64,000 bases of DNA from the human T2T-CHM13v2.0 reference genome, Homo sapiens. The notes beneath the pieces were generated by a model. That model saw only the letters and a program-made list of their open reading frames with translations, ran no database searches and had not been told where the DNA came from. A program made the position numbers and the translations under genes. The stretch is taken from the NCBI RefSeq assembly GCF_009914755.1, contig NC_060925.1; one strand, 5' to 3'. Shown here one piece after another: positions 51,218-64,000 of the stretch; the stretch's first letter is position 1, and every line of letters begins with the position of its first letter.

Positions 51218-52630
51218 ACTGCCTTATTTGTCAGGGGCCATTACTTGGTCCACTTTGCATTTCCTCCACCATCCAGGCCCACTTTAGAGCTGAAGAACTG
51301 AGGCTTAGGAAGGCTAAATTTTCCCAAGTTCGCTCAGCCAATAAATGGCAAAACTAGGATTCAAAGCAGGCTGTCTAGAGTCCAAGCTCTTAATCACCGT
51401 GCTAGGATCCCCTCCCATTTTGCAGCCTTGGAAATGGGTTTGAAGAGTCTAAATGGCCCAAAGTAGCATTAACAGTAGTAACAGCAGTAAGAGCAAGGGC
51501 TTCGGAGTCAGACAAACCTGGGCTTGAGTCTGGCTTAGCCCCTTCCTAGCTAGCGGATCTGGGCAAATTATGTAATCCTCCTGACTCCCAGTTTCTTCAT
51601 CTGTACAACAGGGATACTAATCCCCATCTCTGTCCAACCATGACTGTGAGAGTAGAGATTCTAACACTGGCCTAAGTGTTAATTGTTTAACATTTCTTGA
51701 TCCATTCCCCTATCCCATTCCTCAAGGTCAAAAAGCCTTGAAAGCCAAAACCTGAATCCAGAAGAGATGAAGATGGGCTCCAGGCCCAGACATTCCATAA
51801 CCTTGTTGTGTGATCTTGGCCAAGTCACTTTTCTATCTCAGGCCTCACGTGATGCTCCAGAAATCCTCTCTGGCCCCACAGCTGAAAGACATCTCTTCTG
51901 TGATTTTCTGACTGCTAATCTGACACTGCAAACCCCAGGGGCAAGAGTTCTGCCTCTTCTCTACTGCAGCCTATCTGAAGGAAGTGATCAGCTCAATTGG
52001 GAACTGTTGATTTGCTACAGTGATTCTCACTGTGCATTGGTGATTGGGGGCTACTGTCAGAATATCATGGGGGAAGGGCATGTGCGGCAATTCTAAACAG
52101 TGTGAAAAAAGCCTCCTAGGAGGCTCTGGTAGGTCTGAACCTTGAAAATCTCTGCCCTGGGGGTATTTGGATGGGTTTTTGGGAGTCCACATCCCATGAA
52201 ACAGAATGTATATTTTTGGGATCACAAATCCTTTGAAAATTTAATAAAAGCTATGGATCTTCTTCTAAGAAACAGACAGGTTCCCATGAACTTTGTATAT
52301 AATCTTCAGGGCTTTGTGGACCCTCTGCAGCCCATCCACGTACCCTTACTTTCTGTTCTCCTATATTAGAGATACAGATTGATCATTGCCACTCCCTATG
52401 AATTGCCCATTGTCCATCAATGCTGGGGATGTTACTGCTCATGGCTGATATGAGCTCCTTGGAGACTGGAAAGCACAGGTACATGCAACCCACAGGGACA
52501 AAGAGAAGAGGTTAAACCCCAGTGCTCAGGCTGCCCTGAGCAGAGCTAGGTCACCAATTTAAAAGTTCTGGAATCCACATTTCAGGAAGATATCTCCCCC
52601 CATCCCTCTCATGCCCAGCAGCCACCTTAC

Positions 52631-52760
52631 CTTCCCAGCACCAATCACCTTCTCCGCAGCATAGACTGCCTGGCTGCATCGGGGGCAGCGCTCGGAGCCA
52701 CCAATCTTCTGGGCAAATTTGGATGCATTGGGGTTGGTGGTGGGCCTGTGGCCAGGGGCT
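52631..52760 (-). CDS. CSRP1: CSRP1 coding exon 3 ([43 protein letters not shown]), 130 nt
   Basis: Acceptor tgcag|A; donor AAG|GTAAGG; start of LIM2. Confidence 0.97.
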
Positions 52761-53443
52761 CTGCATGGAGAAGGGCATGGGGTGAGGTGACTTACACTGT
52801 AAGTACAGGTGGGGCTGGCACTGAGAGGGCATGACCCTACCTTCATCTCATGCCAGAGCAGCGCGCAATTCTCTCTGCCAAAGTCACAAAGGCTAGGGCC
52901 TCTAGGGTCATCTCCCATTTTACAGATGGACAAACCAAGCCTCAGCACAATGTTATTTCCATTGTAACATCATACTTCCCTCGGTCACCCAGTTAACCCC
53001 AGAATCATTTAACACCCCATTTGCTAAGAATTGCCCTCCTCTGCCCCTCATTCCTGCAGCTGGTCTATTATCAGATTCTTTACAGGAGAAATCTGCTGAT
53101 GAATCATTCCCACTGGGGCAATGACCTTGGCTGAAACTTGGTAATTCATCCATCATTTCCGTCCACCCCGCAGGCCGAGGAGCAAGCCAGGCTGACTGCC
53201 AACAGCCACCATTTACCCAGAGGCCAGGGAGTGCCGTGGGGTGAGGGGGGTGTGGTGGGGCTGATGACACCCTATGGCATTTCGAAGAAAGGGAAATGAC
53301 TTCTTCTCAGTAGTGAGAGATAGCAGGGCTGAGACAGTGAGTCTGGTGTGGCAACGGTGCTGCCCTGAGCCCCTGATCTGGCTCCGACACTCACTAGCCG
53401 TGGGACCCCAGGCAAGTCACTGAGCCTGGGCTGGATTTTCTCA

Positions 53444-53674
<231 letters not shown>

Positions 53675-53863
53675 CTAAGTGATTCTTGGGGCCCCTCCCA
53701 GCTCTGACTCTCATACAAATATAGAATGCACGCTCCTTGCAGGGAGGAGCCCAGCCTGTTTTAGTCCCTGCTGCATCCCCAGCTCCTGCAGCAGCCTGAC
53801 ACATAGACACTGCTCTGTGACTGCCTTTTAAATAACTGGTTTTCTGAGCCTTCCATTGCTTAC

Positions 53864-53873
53864 CCAAAAATGG
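53864..53873. promoter_or_regulatory. CArG box CCAAAAATGG
   Basis: Perfect CC(A/T)6GG in a CSRP1 intron. Confidence 0.35.
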
Positions 53874-53951
53874 TTGTAAATACACATGAGGCCTAATACA
53901 GGGTGGGGGAGAGAGCTCAAGAAAAAGGTTGGGAGGGGATCTTTTACTCAC

Positions 53952-54120
53952 TCCTCGTGCTTGATACCCAGCGACTCCCCCTTGTCAGTGCTGAGGGTGC
54001 CTGCGCCCTGCCCGTAGCCATAGCCTTTGGGCCCATACTTCTTGCCGTAGCAGGACTTGCAGTAAATCTCCTCACCATGCACGGCCACAGTGGTACTGTC
54101 CAGATTCTTCTTGCAGACCA
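53952..54120 (-). CDS. CSRP1: CSRP1 coding exon 2 ([40 protein letters not shown]...KHE), 169 nt
   Basis: Acceptor ccccttcccctccacag|TG; donor GA|GTGAGT; phases match the flanking exons. Confidence 0.97.
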
Positions 54121-54926
54121 CTGTGGAGGGGAAGGGGAAGCGGACGCATTGAGTTGAAGCTGGGGTGACCTTCTTGCTCATTGCAAGCTTCTTACAGCTG
54201 AAGCTCTCTGGCCTCTTTGCATACATAATATCCTGATCTTTCAGGAACTGTCTACAAATGGAGGCAGGTGGGATGGCCAATGGGTGGGAGGACAGAGGGA
54301 TGGGATCTGCATATCCGACTCTAGAAATGCTGGCCAACACCAATTCCTCTTCCAGGAATCCATATGTGTCTCCTTTGGTCCTCTGCACCCCTAAACTTCC
54401 TCAGGCTGCAGTGCAACACAGGGTTCAGAGGCAACAGCCTAGGCTGACCCCAAGCCACAGGACGCCTGTTGAGGTTCCTCACTCTGCCCTCAACAGAGAC
54501 CATATGTCCCAATGGGGGAGGAGGAAAAAGAAAAGAAGGGCAGTTTTCCTGCCTTCAACAGTGGAATCCAGAAGAGACTATCTGTGCATGTTGGCAGGGA
54601 GCCAATGGGGGGAGATGCAGGTGATGTGATACCCCATAAGAAATGTTTAACATTTATTAAGTGCCCAACATGGTGGGCTTTGAAATGGGATGCAGCTCAT
54701 GCTAATCACAAGAGGATTTGAAGATTCTAATCTCAGAAATCACTTTACCACAGGAAGAAGTGAGGGTCAGACACAGAAGAACTTCCTGACTCCTGGGGTA
54801 AGAGAGAGTGGAACGGAAGGAACTAGGGATTGCAATGGTCTGAGCTGGAAAGGCTGTGGGCCTCATATTTCGTCCTGTTAATCTCAGAGGGGAGCTATGT
54901 CCAGCTATCCAGAATAAAACAGTTTG

Positions 54927-55070
54927 GGCTGGGTGCAGTGGCTCATGCCTGTAGTTCCAGCAGTGGGAAGCCAAGGCTGGAGGATTACTTGAGCCCAGGA
55001 GTTTGAGATCAGCCTGGGGAAGATGGCATAACCCTGTCTCTATTTATTTAAAAATAAATAAATAAATAAA
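54927..55070 (+). mobile_element. FLAM / Alu left monomer
   Basis: Single monomer with an A-rich tail. Confidence 0.85.
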
Positions 55071-55652
55071 ACTTTTAAAAATAAAAATAAAGTTAAAGCA
55101 GTTCAGAGCCTGGGGTCATGAAGAGTCAGACTGCCCAGAATCAAATCCCAGCTCTCTCCCTTTCCAGCCATTTGCAAGTTTTTTTTGCCTTTCCAGCCTC
55201 TGTGTCCTCATTTGTAAATGAACATAATAATGTCTGCCCCAAAAGCTGGTGGTGAGAATCAAATGAGATCTGACATGTGAAGTACTTGGCATAATACCCT
55301 GCATACAACAAATGCATAATAAATGTTGGCTACTCTTATTAGTATTATATAAAGTTAGTACCATCGGGAGACAAGGAAGTGGGAGGGACAGGCCCCAGCT
55401 TCAAGAGATCATTGCTTCTAACTTTCACATACTCCTCTCAAGAGATTCAACTGCATTCTTTTTCTTTACTTGTCCTGTAATCCTAATTCGGTTTGATCAT
55501 ATTCCTTAAATATTGGAGTTCAGCATCTCAGTTGGACGCATCCTCAAACATGTCCTGAACATAGAAACCGAGGGATACCACTGGAGAAGCCACGCCTTTT
55601 ACCACCCTCGGAGAAGCTCTCAGCTCCTTTCCTTGCAACTGCCATCCTCTTG

Positions 55653-55870
55653 CCTTTAAAGGGTCCATCCCTCTGCCAGCTCCTCTCTCACCCTAAGCCC
55701 CAGGTTGGAGACTTCAGACTAAATAAGGACCCTCTTGTCCTGCTCTGGAGATCTCCATCTCATTCCAGCACTCTGGGCCATCCAAATATGGAACTTCCCA
55801 CCATTTCCCCCCGGGACCAGCTCCCAAGAAGGAGGGAGAGGGAACCACAGGCCAAGGGCTCCAACATTCC
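55653..55870. promoter_or_regulatory. CArG/MCAT cluster in CSRP1 intron (candidate SRF/TEAD enhancer)
   Basis: CCTTTAAAGG 55653-55662, CTAAATAAGG 55719-55728, CATTCC 55761-55766, CCAAATATGG 55782-55791, CATTCC 55865-55870. Confidence 0.55.
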
Positions 55871-57087
55871 CTTCTAGGGTGGGAAGTCAGGAATTGGCCT
55901 GGAATTGTTTTCCTGTAAGATCCCAATTGAACTGAAAATTCCAAGACCAGAGAGAAGGCAGAAAGCAAAGAGTGCTTGGGGGAACAGAGGTGTATTTTGG
56001 CTGATCTCTCCAGTAGGAGACCCAGGAACTCAGCCCAGGGCAGACCTCAGGGCCTGCAAGTTGACATCTTCCAGATGGCTCCCCTGCCGAGGACCTCCCT
56101 GCTCCTTTCTGCTTTGCCTTGGCCCTTCTGTTCTCCCAGAGGCCCAATCCTGCCCATCGTGGCCCTCTGCCCCTCTACCTCCATCCAGGTGATATACTGA
56201 GAGACTCTGCAACTCACCAAAGTCTTTGTAAGATCCACCAAAGACTCAATCAAGGGGAATTTTAAAGGCAGGCCTGAATAAATTTCTACCATATCATGGT
56301 AAGCCAATAAGGGGAAAAGAAAAAAAAAAGACTGGATTTGTTGGAAACACATACTTCCAGATGCCACTTTGGTGGGCCCTTGTGATACTGCTTGGAAATA
56401 AAGGGAAAAGGCAGCCCCAGGGGAGAGGTCAGAGCCCCCTTGCCCCACTCAGAAATGGAGAATGATTCTCTGCTTCTGGAAGGAAAACCGAGGCCCACAA
56501 AACAGTTCCAGATCACGTGTTGGCCAGACGCAGGGCCAGGCCAGAACCCAGCCCCTGACCTCCAGACCTGGTGGTTTTCTGCCAGCCATTGCTCCCCTCC
56601 AGTGGGCCACACATGTGGGGCCAAGAGGGTGAAAAGTGTCAGTAAGTCTCAGCCTGCGGGTGAGGAGACGCTGGTGTCAGAACGTGTGCAAGGCTTCCGT
56701 GAGCTTCCCCTGTGCTCTTGGATTCTAGGGAACAGCCCAGGGCCAACCTGTGGGGCCCTGTTCCATCGGCCACCATCACAGAGTTCTTCTTTCCTCAGGG
56801 CTGGCTGCTTAACCCACCTTCCCCAGCAGGGAGCTGGGTACAGCTCAGAGATGGGCACATAACCTCAGGGCAGGTTCCCAGCCACGGAGCTGAGCTTTCC
56901 CACCAGCCTCTGAACCACCACCTGCTCATAGGATCTGGCAGCCCCTTTCAAGACCATGGGAGTATACTGTAGGCCCTCTCAGTCCCTGGTCCCAGGCCAA
57001 GCCCAGGGTGGAGGTCATTCTCCCCACCTTTGCCTATGACATCATCATGTCTTCCTCCCGCCCATTCAGACACTCAGGAAAGGGCAC

Positions 57088-57412
57088 TGATATGGTTTGG
57101 CTGTGTTCCCACCCAAATCTCTCCTTGGGCCAAATGGAGATAATTGAATCATGGGGGCAGCTTCCGCCATACTGTTCTTGTGATAGTGAAAAAGTCTTAC
57201 AAGATCTGATGGTTATATAAATGGGAGTTCCCCCATACAAGCTCTCTTGCCTGCTGCCATGTAAGACATGCCTTTGCTTCTCCTTTGCCTTCTGCCATGA
57301 TTGTGAGGCCTCCCCAGCCATGTGGAACTGTGAGTCCGTTAAACCTCTTTCCTTTATAAATTACCCAGTCTCAGGTATGTCTTTATTAGCAGCATGAGAG
57401 TAGACTAATACA
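57088..57412 (+). mobile_element. THE1-type MaLR solo LTR (internally deleted)
   Basis: TG...CA ends (tgatatggtttggctgtg...gactaataca); 5-bp TSD ggca(c/t). Confidence 0.88.
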
Positions 57413-58597
57413 GGCATGTAGGTGGGCAAGCTGAGTAGAATCTGGAGCCAAGAACCCACATGGTCACAACTGCTTTTGGGGACCCAACCAGGCCTGGCCA
57501 ATGAGGGAGATGGCCCTTACTGCCCTTGGCCCAGACCTGGCTAGCCTCTCCCTTCCTCGGGAGGGAAAGTCCTTTGATTCAGTGGGCACCCTGAATGGGG
57601 TGAACACTTATCACCCACTTCACTGGAAAAGAGAAATGATGTGCCTTCCATTCATAAACAAATCTTTGTCAGGAACCCACTTTGTGCCAGGTGCTGTGTT
57701 AGGCATGATGAATGAGCAAGTTGTGGAGATGGCTCAGCCTGCTGGGACATGTGCAGTGCTAGGGGGTCCACTTGGTGCTCTGATATCCAATAGCTGCACT
57801 GGCCCTGAGACCCTAGCGTGACCTGAGACTGCTTCCTGCGGCTGCTCATTGCATAACACCCCCGCACCCCGCCAAGAGCCCTGCTCCCCAGCCTGACTTT
57901 CTACAACTGTTTCTCATCCGCAGCGCCCCTCACACCCTGCCCCAGGCCCTGTTCCTTCCTTCCTATGCCACCCCCTGAATTCCTGACTTCCCTCAACCCT
58001 CTGACCGACTACTCCTCCGTAAACAGGTCTGCAGGCAGGCACCCCCGCCCACAGCTGACCCCTTATGGTCAGTGATTAAGCAACATCCGAGAGCAAAGAG
58101 AGGGGCCCTTAGGACCCCAGCAGCCTAGACCCCCTTCCCAGCCAGCACCAAGCTCTCTCTTATTCCCTCTGGAAAGATAAACGGCTTGGAAATTCCTAAG
58201 AGTAGTGAACTGCTGATAACAAGACGCTGCTGTTTCTGGCCTCCTTTGCAGGCTGGAAGCCAACAAAGCTCCACTAAACCTTGTTTACTCCCCATTCATC
58301 AGACGCAGCCCTGGAGCTGTCACTCCAGGCCCGGCTGAGCAGGATGTGGGGCCCCTGCTGCCCTGTGCGGGGTGGCCTCAGGTGGGTCTACCTAGCGACA
58401 GGCAGAGATGCAAACGTCCATTGAACAGGTGGCTCTTGGCCCATCTGTATCCTACTCTGGAGCACAAATCATGAAACTTTGCTTCATGTAATGCAGAACA
58501 GACAGGACCCCATTCTTGGATCTCCCCATCTTCAGGGGCCTCAGACCCTGGTGAGGGCTTCTTTGCATCACATCATCTTGCTACAGATCCCTCAGCA

Positions 58598-58653
58598 GTG
58601 TGTGCGTGCGTGTGTGTGCGCGTGCATGTGCGTGCGCATGTGTGTGTGCATAT
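58598..58653. repeat. Alternating purine-pyrimidine (TG/CG/CA) tract
   Basis: Read directly from the sequence. Confidence 0.9.
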
Positions 58654-58893
58654 CATTTCTTCAACACTCATAATTATTTTAAGTGCTTTGTCTTACAAGC
58701 TTCTTTCATTTTAATTCTCACAACAATCCCATGAGGTAACTATTATTACCTCCTCTGTAATAATGAGAAAACTCAACCAGAGAGAAACTGAGTAACTTGT
58801 CCATCATCACACAGATAATAAACACCGAATTTTTTTTAACTAAGACATTCTTCTACCATCCATTCTGCCTACCATCATGGGGAATGTACCTTG

Positions 58894-59168
58894 GCGGGCA
58901 CAGTGGCTCACACCTGTAATCCCAACACTTTGGGAGGCTGAGGTGGGCAGACTGCTTAAACCCAGGAGCTCAACGCCACCCTGGGTAATATAGGGAGACC
59001 CTGTCTCTCTAAAAATTTTTTTTAAAAATTGGCAGAGCATGGTGGCATGCATGTGTAGTCCTAGCTACTCAGGAGGCTGAGGTGAGAGGATCATTTGAGG
59101 TGGAGGCTGCAGTGAGACACTGCACTCCAGCCTGGGTGACAGAGTGAGACTCTGTCTTAAGAAAGAAA
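58894..59168 (+). mobile_element. AluJ (internally deleted)
   Basis: Alu consensus. Confidence 0.9.
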
Positions 59169-59969
59169 ATGCACCTTGCTGAAGTTGCCTCTTCTTCTAA
59201 CCCAGACCTTCTGCTCTGATCACAATGAACCAACTCATTTAGGAACCTGAGGAGAGGCTTCACCAAGTTGCCACATCCTGGAAACATCACCTGGCCCAGG
59301 TACCAGTGGGTGCAGCATCACGGTGTCAGGATCCCTGGGTCGACCTGACCTCTGTCAGTTGCTTGGTATTCTTTTGTCTGATTTCTTACTCATCTAGGCT
59401 TATGACTGGAGCAAACCTTGCTCTGGCTTCTTAGGAGTAGATATCAGGGAACTTTGCACTCCCTCTTCCTCTCATCCCAGGCTGAGTGGGAATGGGAAGT
59501 GAAGAACTGAACAGGCCAGCCTGCAAGGGGCTGAGGAAGGAGGAGCCCCACTCTTCCTCCAGATTCAGCTTCACCATGAGGTTATGGCCTCTGTTGCCTT
59601 TGAACAAGAGATAATTAGGGTGCAAAGGGCTGAAAGTGTTTTCCTCTGAAATGGTGAAATCATGACAGGGAGAGAGAGAAGAGAGAGCTGAGTGGAAAGT
59701 TTTCTTAACCAAGTCTTTACAGCTTGGCTTTCAGCCCCTGAACGCCTGCCACCCCGACCCGCTCTGGCCAGTTCATCCCTTAGAAAGAAGCTTCTGAACG
59801 GAACAAAGAGGCCCTGAAGTGTTTCCCTGCCCAGCTGCGCTTCAGCCAAATGTCAAGCTGTTTACATCCCATGGGATCAGTTCCCTGGGGTGTTGACAGG
59901 CCCAGCCTGTGGGGGCAGGCCCGTCCAGGGTGTCCAAGGCAACAGCAATAGGGCCTGGGGCGTACTCAC

Positions 59970-60081
59970 TGCACAGGAAGCAGGATTTATGGAAGCTGTT
60001 GCCTTCGCACTGAACCTCTTCGGCAAAGTAAACCGTCTTCTGACACACCCCACATTTCTTGCCTCCTCCCCAGTTCGGCAT
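59970..60081 (-). CDS. CSRP1: CSRP1 first coding exon ([37 protein letters not shown]), 112 nt
   Basis: Acceptor ttttcag|A ATG; donor A|GTGAGT; start of LIM1. Confidence 0.97.
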
Positions 60082-60846
60082 TCTGAAAAGGGACACAGAA
60101 ATGGGAATTAATTTTACAGGGAGATGGAAACATCTCAGATTGTCCACGACAGAAATGCAACAGCCAGATCCAGAGGAGAGAAAGACAAAAGTAGAATGCC
60201 TGGGGGGCCACCAGGCCTGGCAGAGCACTTTCTGCTAGCTCTCGACAGCAGCCTCGCACGTTCTCGGGGATTTCCTCCCCCCAATCTAATCAACAGGTCT
60301 TTACAGAGCAGCTGCTGCATTTTCAGCCCTGTGCTAGGCACTCTAAAGGATGTGGATCAGCAGAAGAAGCAGGCTTTATAAAGAAGGCTCCAGCTGCAAT
60401 AAAAATGGACTGCCTACCCCTACACACGTCAACATGGACGGATCTCAAAGAGAATGTGGAAGAAGCAGACAGACCAGAGCTGGGAAAACGCAAGTCCATT
60501 TGTAGGAAATTCACAAATGGGCTAAACTCATATTGCCAAGGGATGGACATATAGGTGGAAAAGTTACTACAGAAAAGCAAGGGAATGATGATCGCAAGCT
60601 TTTACCTTAGAAGAGTTACCTCTAAGAGAGGGAAGGGACCATGACTGGGTTGGGAGACCAGGGAGGCTGGTAAGGCACTGCCTGGCAATGCTCTCCTTCT
60701 TAACTCAGGGTGGTTGTCATATGGGGGCTCACTTTATAATTATTCTTTGAACTGTACATGTAGGTTTTGTGCACACTTTTGTATATAAGCTATAGCTCAC
60801 CACAAGAAAAAAGTTTTTTTTGTTTTGTTTTGTTTTTTAAATGCAG

Positions 60847-61198
<352 letters not shown>

Positions 61199-61509
61199 TC
61201 AGAGTGAGGGGCTTTTGCAAAATCAGATTTAGTAACACCACCCCACATCTAATGAATTATAACCTCTGAGAATGAGATACTTGAGAGAATGAGGTACTTG
61301 AATCTGAATTTTTAACAAGCACCCCAGGCAAACAAAGCAGGTGGCCCAGACCAACTTTGAGATGCTCTAGGTGTTGGTTCAGAGCTGGCGTCCTGATGCC
61401 ATGCAGGTTTGGCTCAATCTTGATCCTGCCACTCATTAGCTGTGTGACCTTGGGCAAGATAGTCAGTCTTTCCAAACCTTGATTTCTGTATCTGTTAAAT
61501 AAGGATAAA

Positions 61510-61818
<309 letters not shown>

Positions 61819-63004
61819 TCACCGAGTATGTCTGGTGATTAAATGAGATATGATATGTCAAAGGCAAGGCACAGTACTTGGCACATATACAGCACACAGA
61901 AGTCCAAGTGATGCCTCAGGTCAGTGCCCACGTGGCCACAGAGCAGCACGGAAGGTAACACTAGTGAGTGTGGAGAACAGATGGGGCCTGCTTCTCTCCT
62001 TCCATTTCACTCGCTCACTCAACAGACGTGGCTGAAGGAGGAAGACCACCCTTCCAGCTCTTTCAACAGAAGTTCATGAGGGAAGGGCTATACAAAGCAC
62101 CACCTACAGTGGGTACAGGCTTGGTGCCGGGGGTTGCCCAGGACTTGGTGAGTAAAGGACACAGGGAGGTGCCGGGAAATAAAGGGGCTGGGAGTCAGAG
62201 GGATCTGTTGCCTCAGGAGGCAAAGGAGCCTAAGGAGAGAGCTCACGGAACCTGTCACATGGAAATGTTGAAAACCGGGATGTGGCAACGAGAGCCCACC
62301 CTCCTGGTAACAGGGCTTGCACCAGCAGCTGGAGAGTCAATGTCAAGGGCAGAGGGAGATACAGTCTCCATTACTGGAGAGCTCCCATTTGAGGGTGACA
62401 CGGGCCTCAGCTCAAGAAGGGATCCAGGTCACGTTCACCACTCTGTCCCCATGCTCTGCATAGCACTTGGCACGTGGCTGTTCATATAGGTGGCCAGGAA
62501 ATAGCTGAGGAATGAATGAAGGATGCACTAATATCGAAAGCCACAGCTTCTGGGGCCATTTTCTCTGCATGGTGAATCTCTGCAGAGCCTGGCTCCTAGT
62601 GGAGGTGCTTGGTAAGCGTGTGCAGGCTGAGAGGCAGAGCTTACTGTGGGGAAGTGGTGTTAGTGATGCTGGGGGATCTAGGTAGACCATGCCTGCTGCA
62701 TAAGCCCAGTTCTCCCTTTCCCAGGTTCTGGAGCAGCCGCACTTCCTCAGGCTCCCACACATCGCTGACATGCCCCGCAGGAATTTCTGTAACTGCTCAC
62801 ATCCCCATCTCTGTCTTCCTCAGATAACCCATGCGGCCTGAGCCCCCAGATCCAGGGACAGTCCCCATTCCCAGCCTCTGATGTTGCACTGTTCCTTCAG
62901 CCTCTTTCTGTACTGAGGACTGCTAGCTGCCCTTGTCAAGCAAAGGTTTGGAGCTGAAAACCGTACGATGTGAAGGACAGTTAGACAGGAACAGCAATCA
63001 GCAA

Positions 63005-63340
63005 TGTGTGTTATGGTCGGCCTGATCATCGGCCATTTCCCCCTTCTTCCTTGCTACAAAACCCCGATTTTATTCAGGCCATTGAATGACTGGGGAGATG
63101 CCCCTTCCCCAGATGGAGGAACAGAGCCTCTGTCCCCTAAGCCAACCATGGAGATTCCATTCCCTTGCCAGTGGCTGGATCAGGAACAGGCTGAGACCAT
63201 TTCTGGCCAGTGAGATGTGAGGGGAGGTCTGCTTGGGAAGCTCTTGTGAATAATGTATCCAGTTGTACAGACCCACACAAGCTCTCTTCTCCCTCTGATA
63301 AGGTGACTCAATGTGACCCTTGGAACTCAGCCATGGCACC
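63005..63340 (+). mobile_element. Old MLT1 (J/K-type) LTR fragment
   Basis: ccattcccttgccagtggctgg...ttctggccagtgagatgtgaggggaggtctgct. Confidence 0.55.
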
Positions 63341-63401
63341 CACACTGCCATGGACTGAATGCCTACTATGCATCAGATGGCTCATCTGCATCATCCCATT
63401 T

Positions 63402-63701
<300 letters not shown>

Positions 63702-64000
63702 ACATCATCTCATTTCATCCTCATCATCCGAAGATAAAGAATGTATGCCCACCTTACAGACAAGACAAGCAAGGCTCAGAGCGGTTAGGCAAGTTGCTTA
63801 TAGTCACACAGCTGGAAGAGATAGACCTGGGATTCTAATGCAAGCTCATCTATTTCTGAATCCTCTGGGTCCCAGTCACCATGCTGTGGCCCTTGCATAT
63901 TTAAGAGGGGCTGCTCATGATAGGCATACAATACATCAGTGCTGGCCCTCTTCCTCGGCCTTCTCCTTTTCCAACCCCCTGAACCAGCAGGGGACATACT

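Noticed and set aside
53948-54388. 146-aa ORF extending upstream of a CSRP1 exon (similarly 52559-52948 and 59842-60228)
   Set aside because: Intronic read-through of real exons; canonical splice sites delimit the true coding parts.

Overview
Human-type genomic DNA with about 41 Alus. The two genes identify the PHLDA3-CSRP1 locus (chr1q32.1, from my knowledge of the genes). Both genes lie on the minus strand. PHLDA3 has its whole 127-aa PH-domain CDS in CpG-island exon 1 (32567-32184), one intron inside the 3' UTR (32121-29966) and a p53-type response element at 32940-32959. All five coding exons of CSRP1 (193 aa, two LIM domains; 60081-48491) and its poly(A) signal (47324-47329) are present, while its non-coding exon 1 lies beyond the right edge. 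The first ~28 kb is intergenic and repeat-rich (Alu, HAL1/L1M, MaLR LTRs, MER82/MER5, MIR, L2). I found no evidence of a new protein-coding gene or a prokaryote-style system. The most interesting unexplained structures are: (1) PHLDA3 has a weak-context AUG, and the next AUG opens an 88-codon ORF across a 3'-UTR exon junction lying 62 nt past the stop; (2) an orphan CpG island holds a tailless 33-nt U2 snRNA retrocopy, a strong splice donor and a CTCF motif; (3) CSRP1 introns carry a CArG/MCAT cluster; (4) there are several template-switch and same-site insertion scars. Repeat boundaries and subfamily names were assigned by eye and are approximate.
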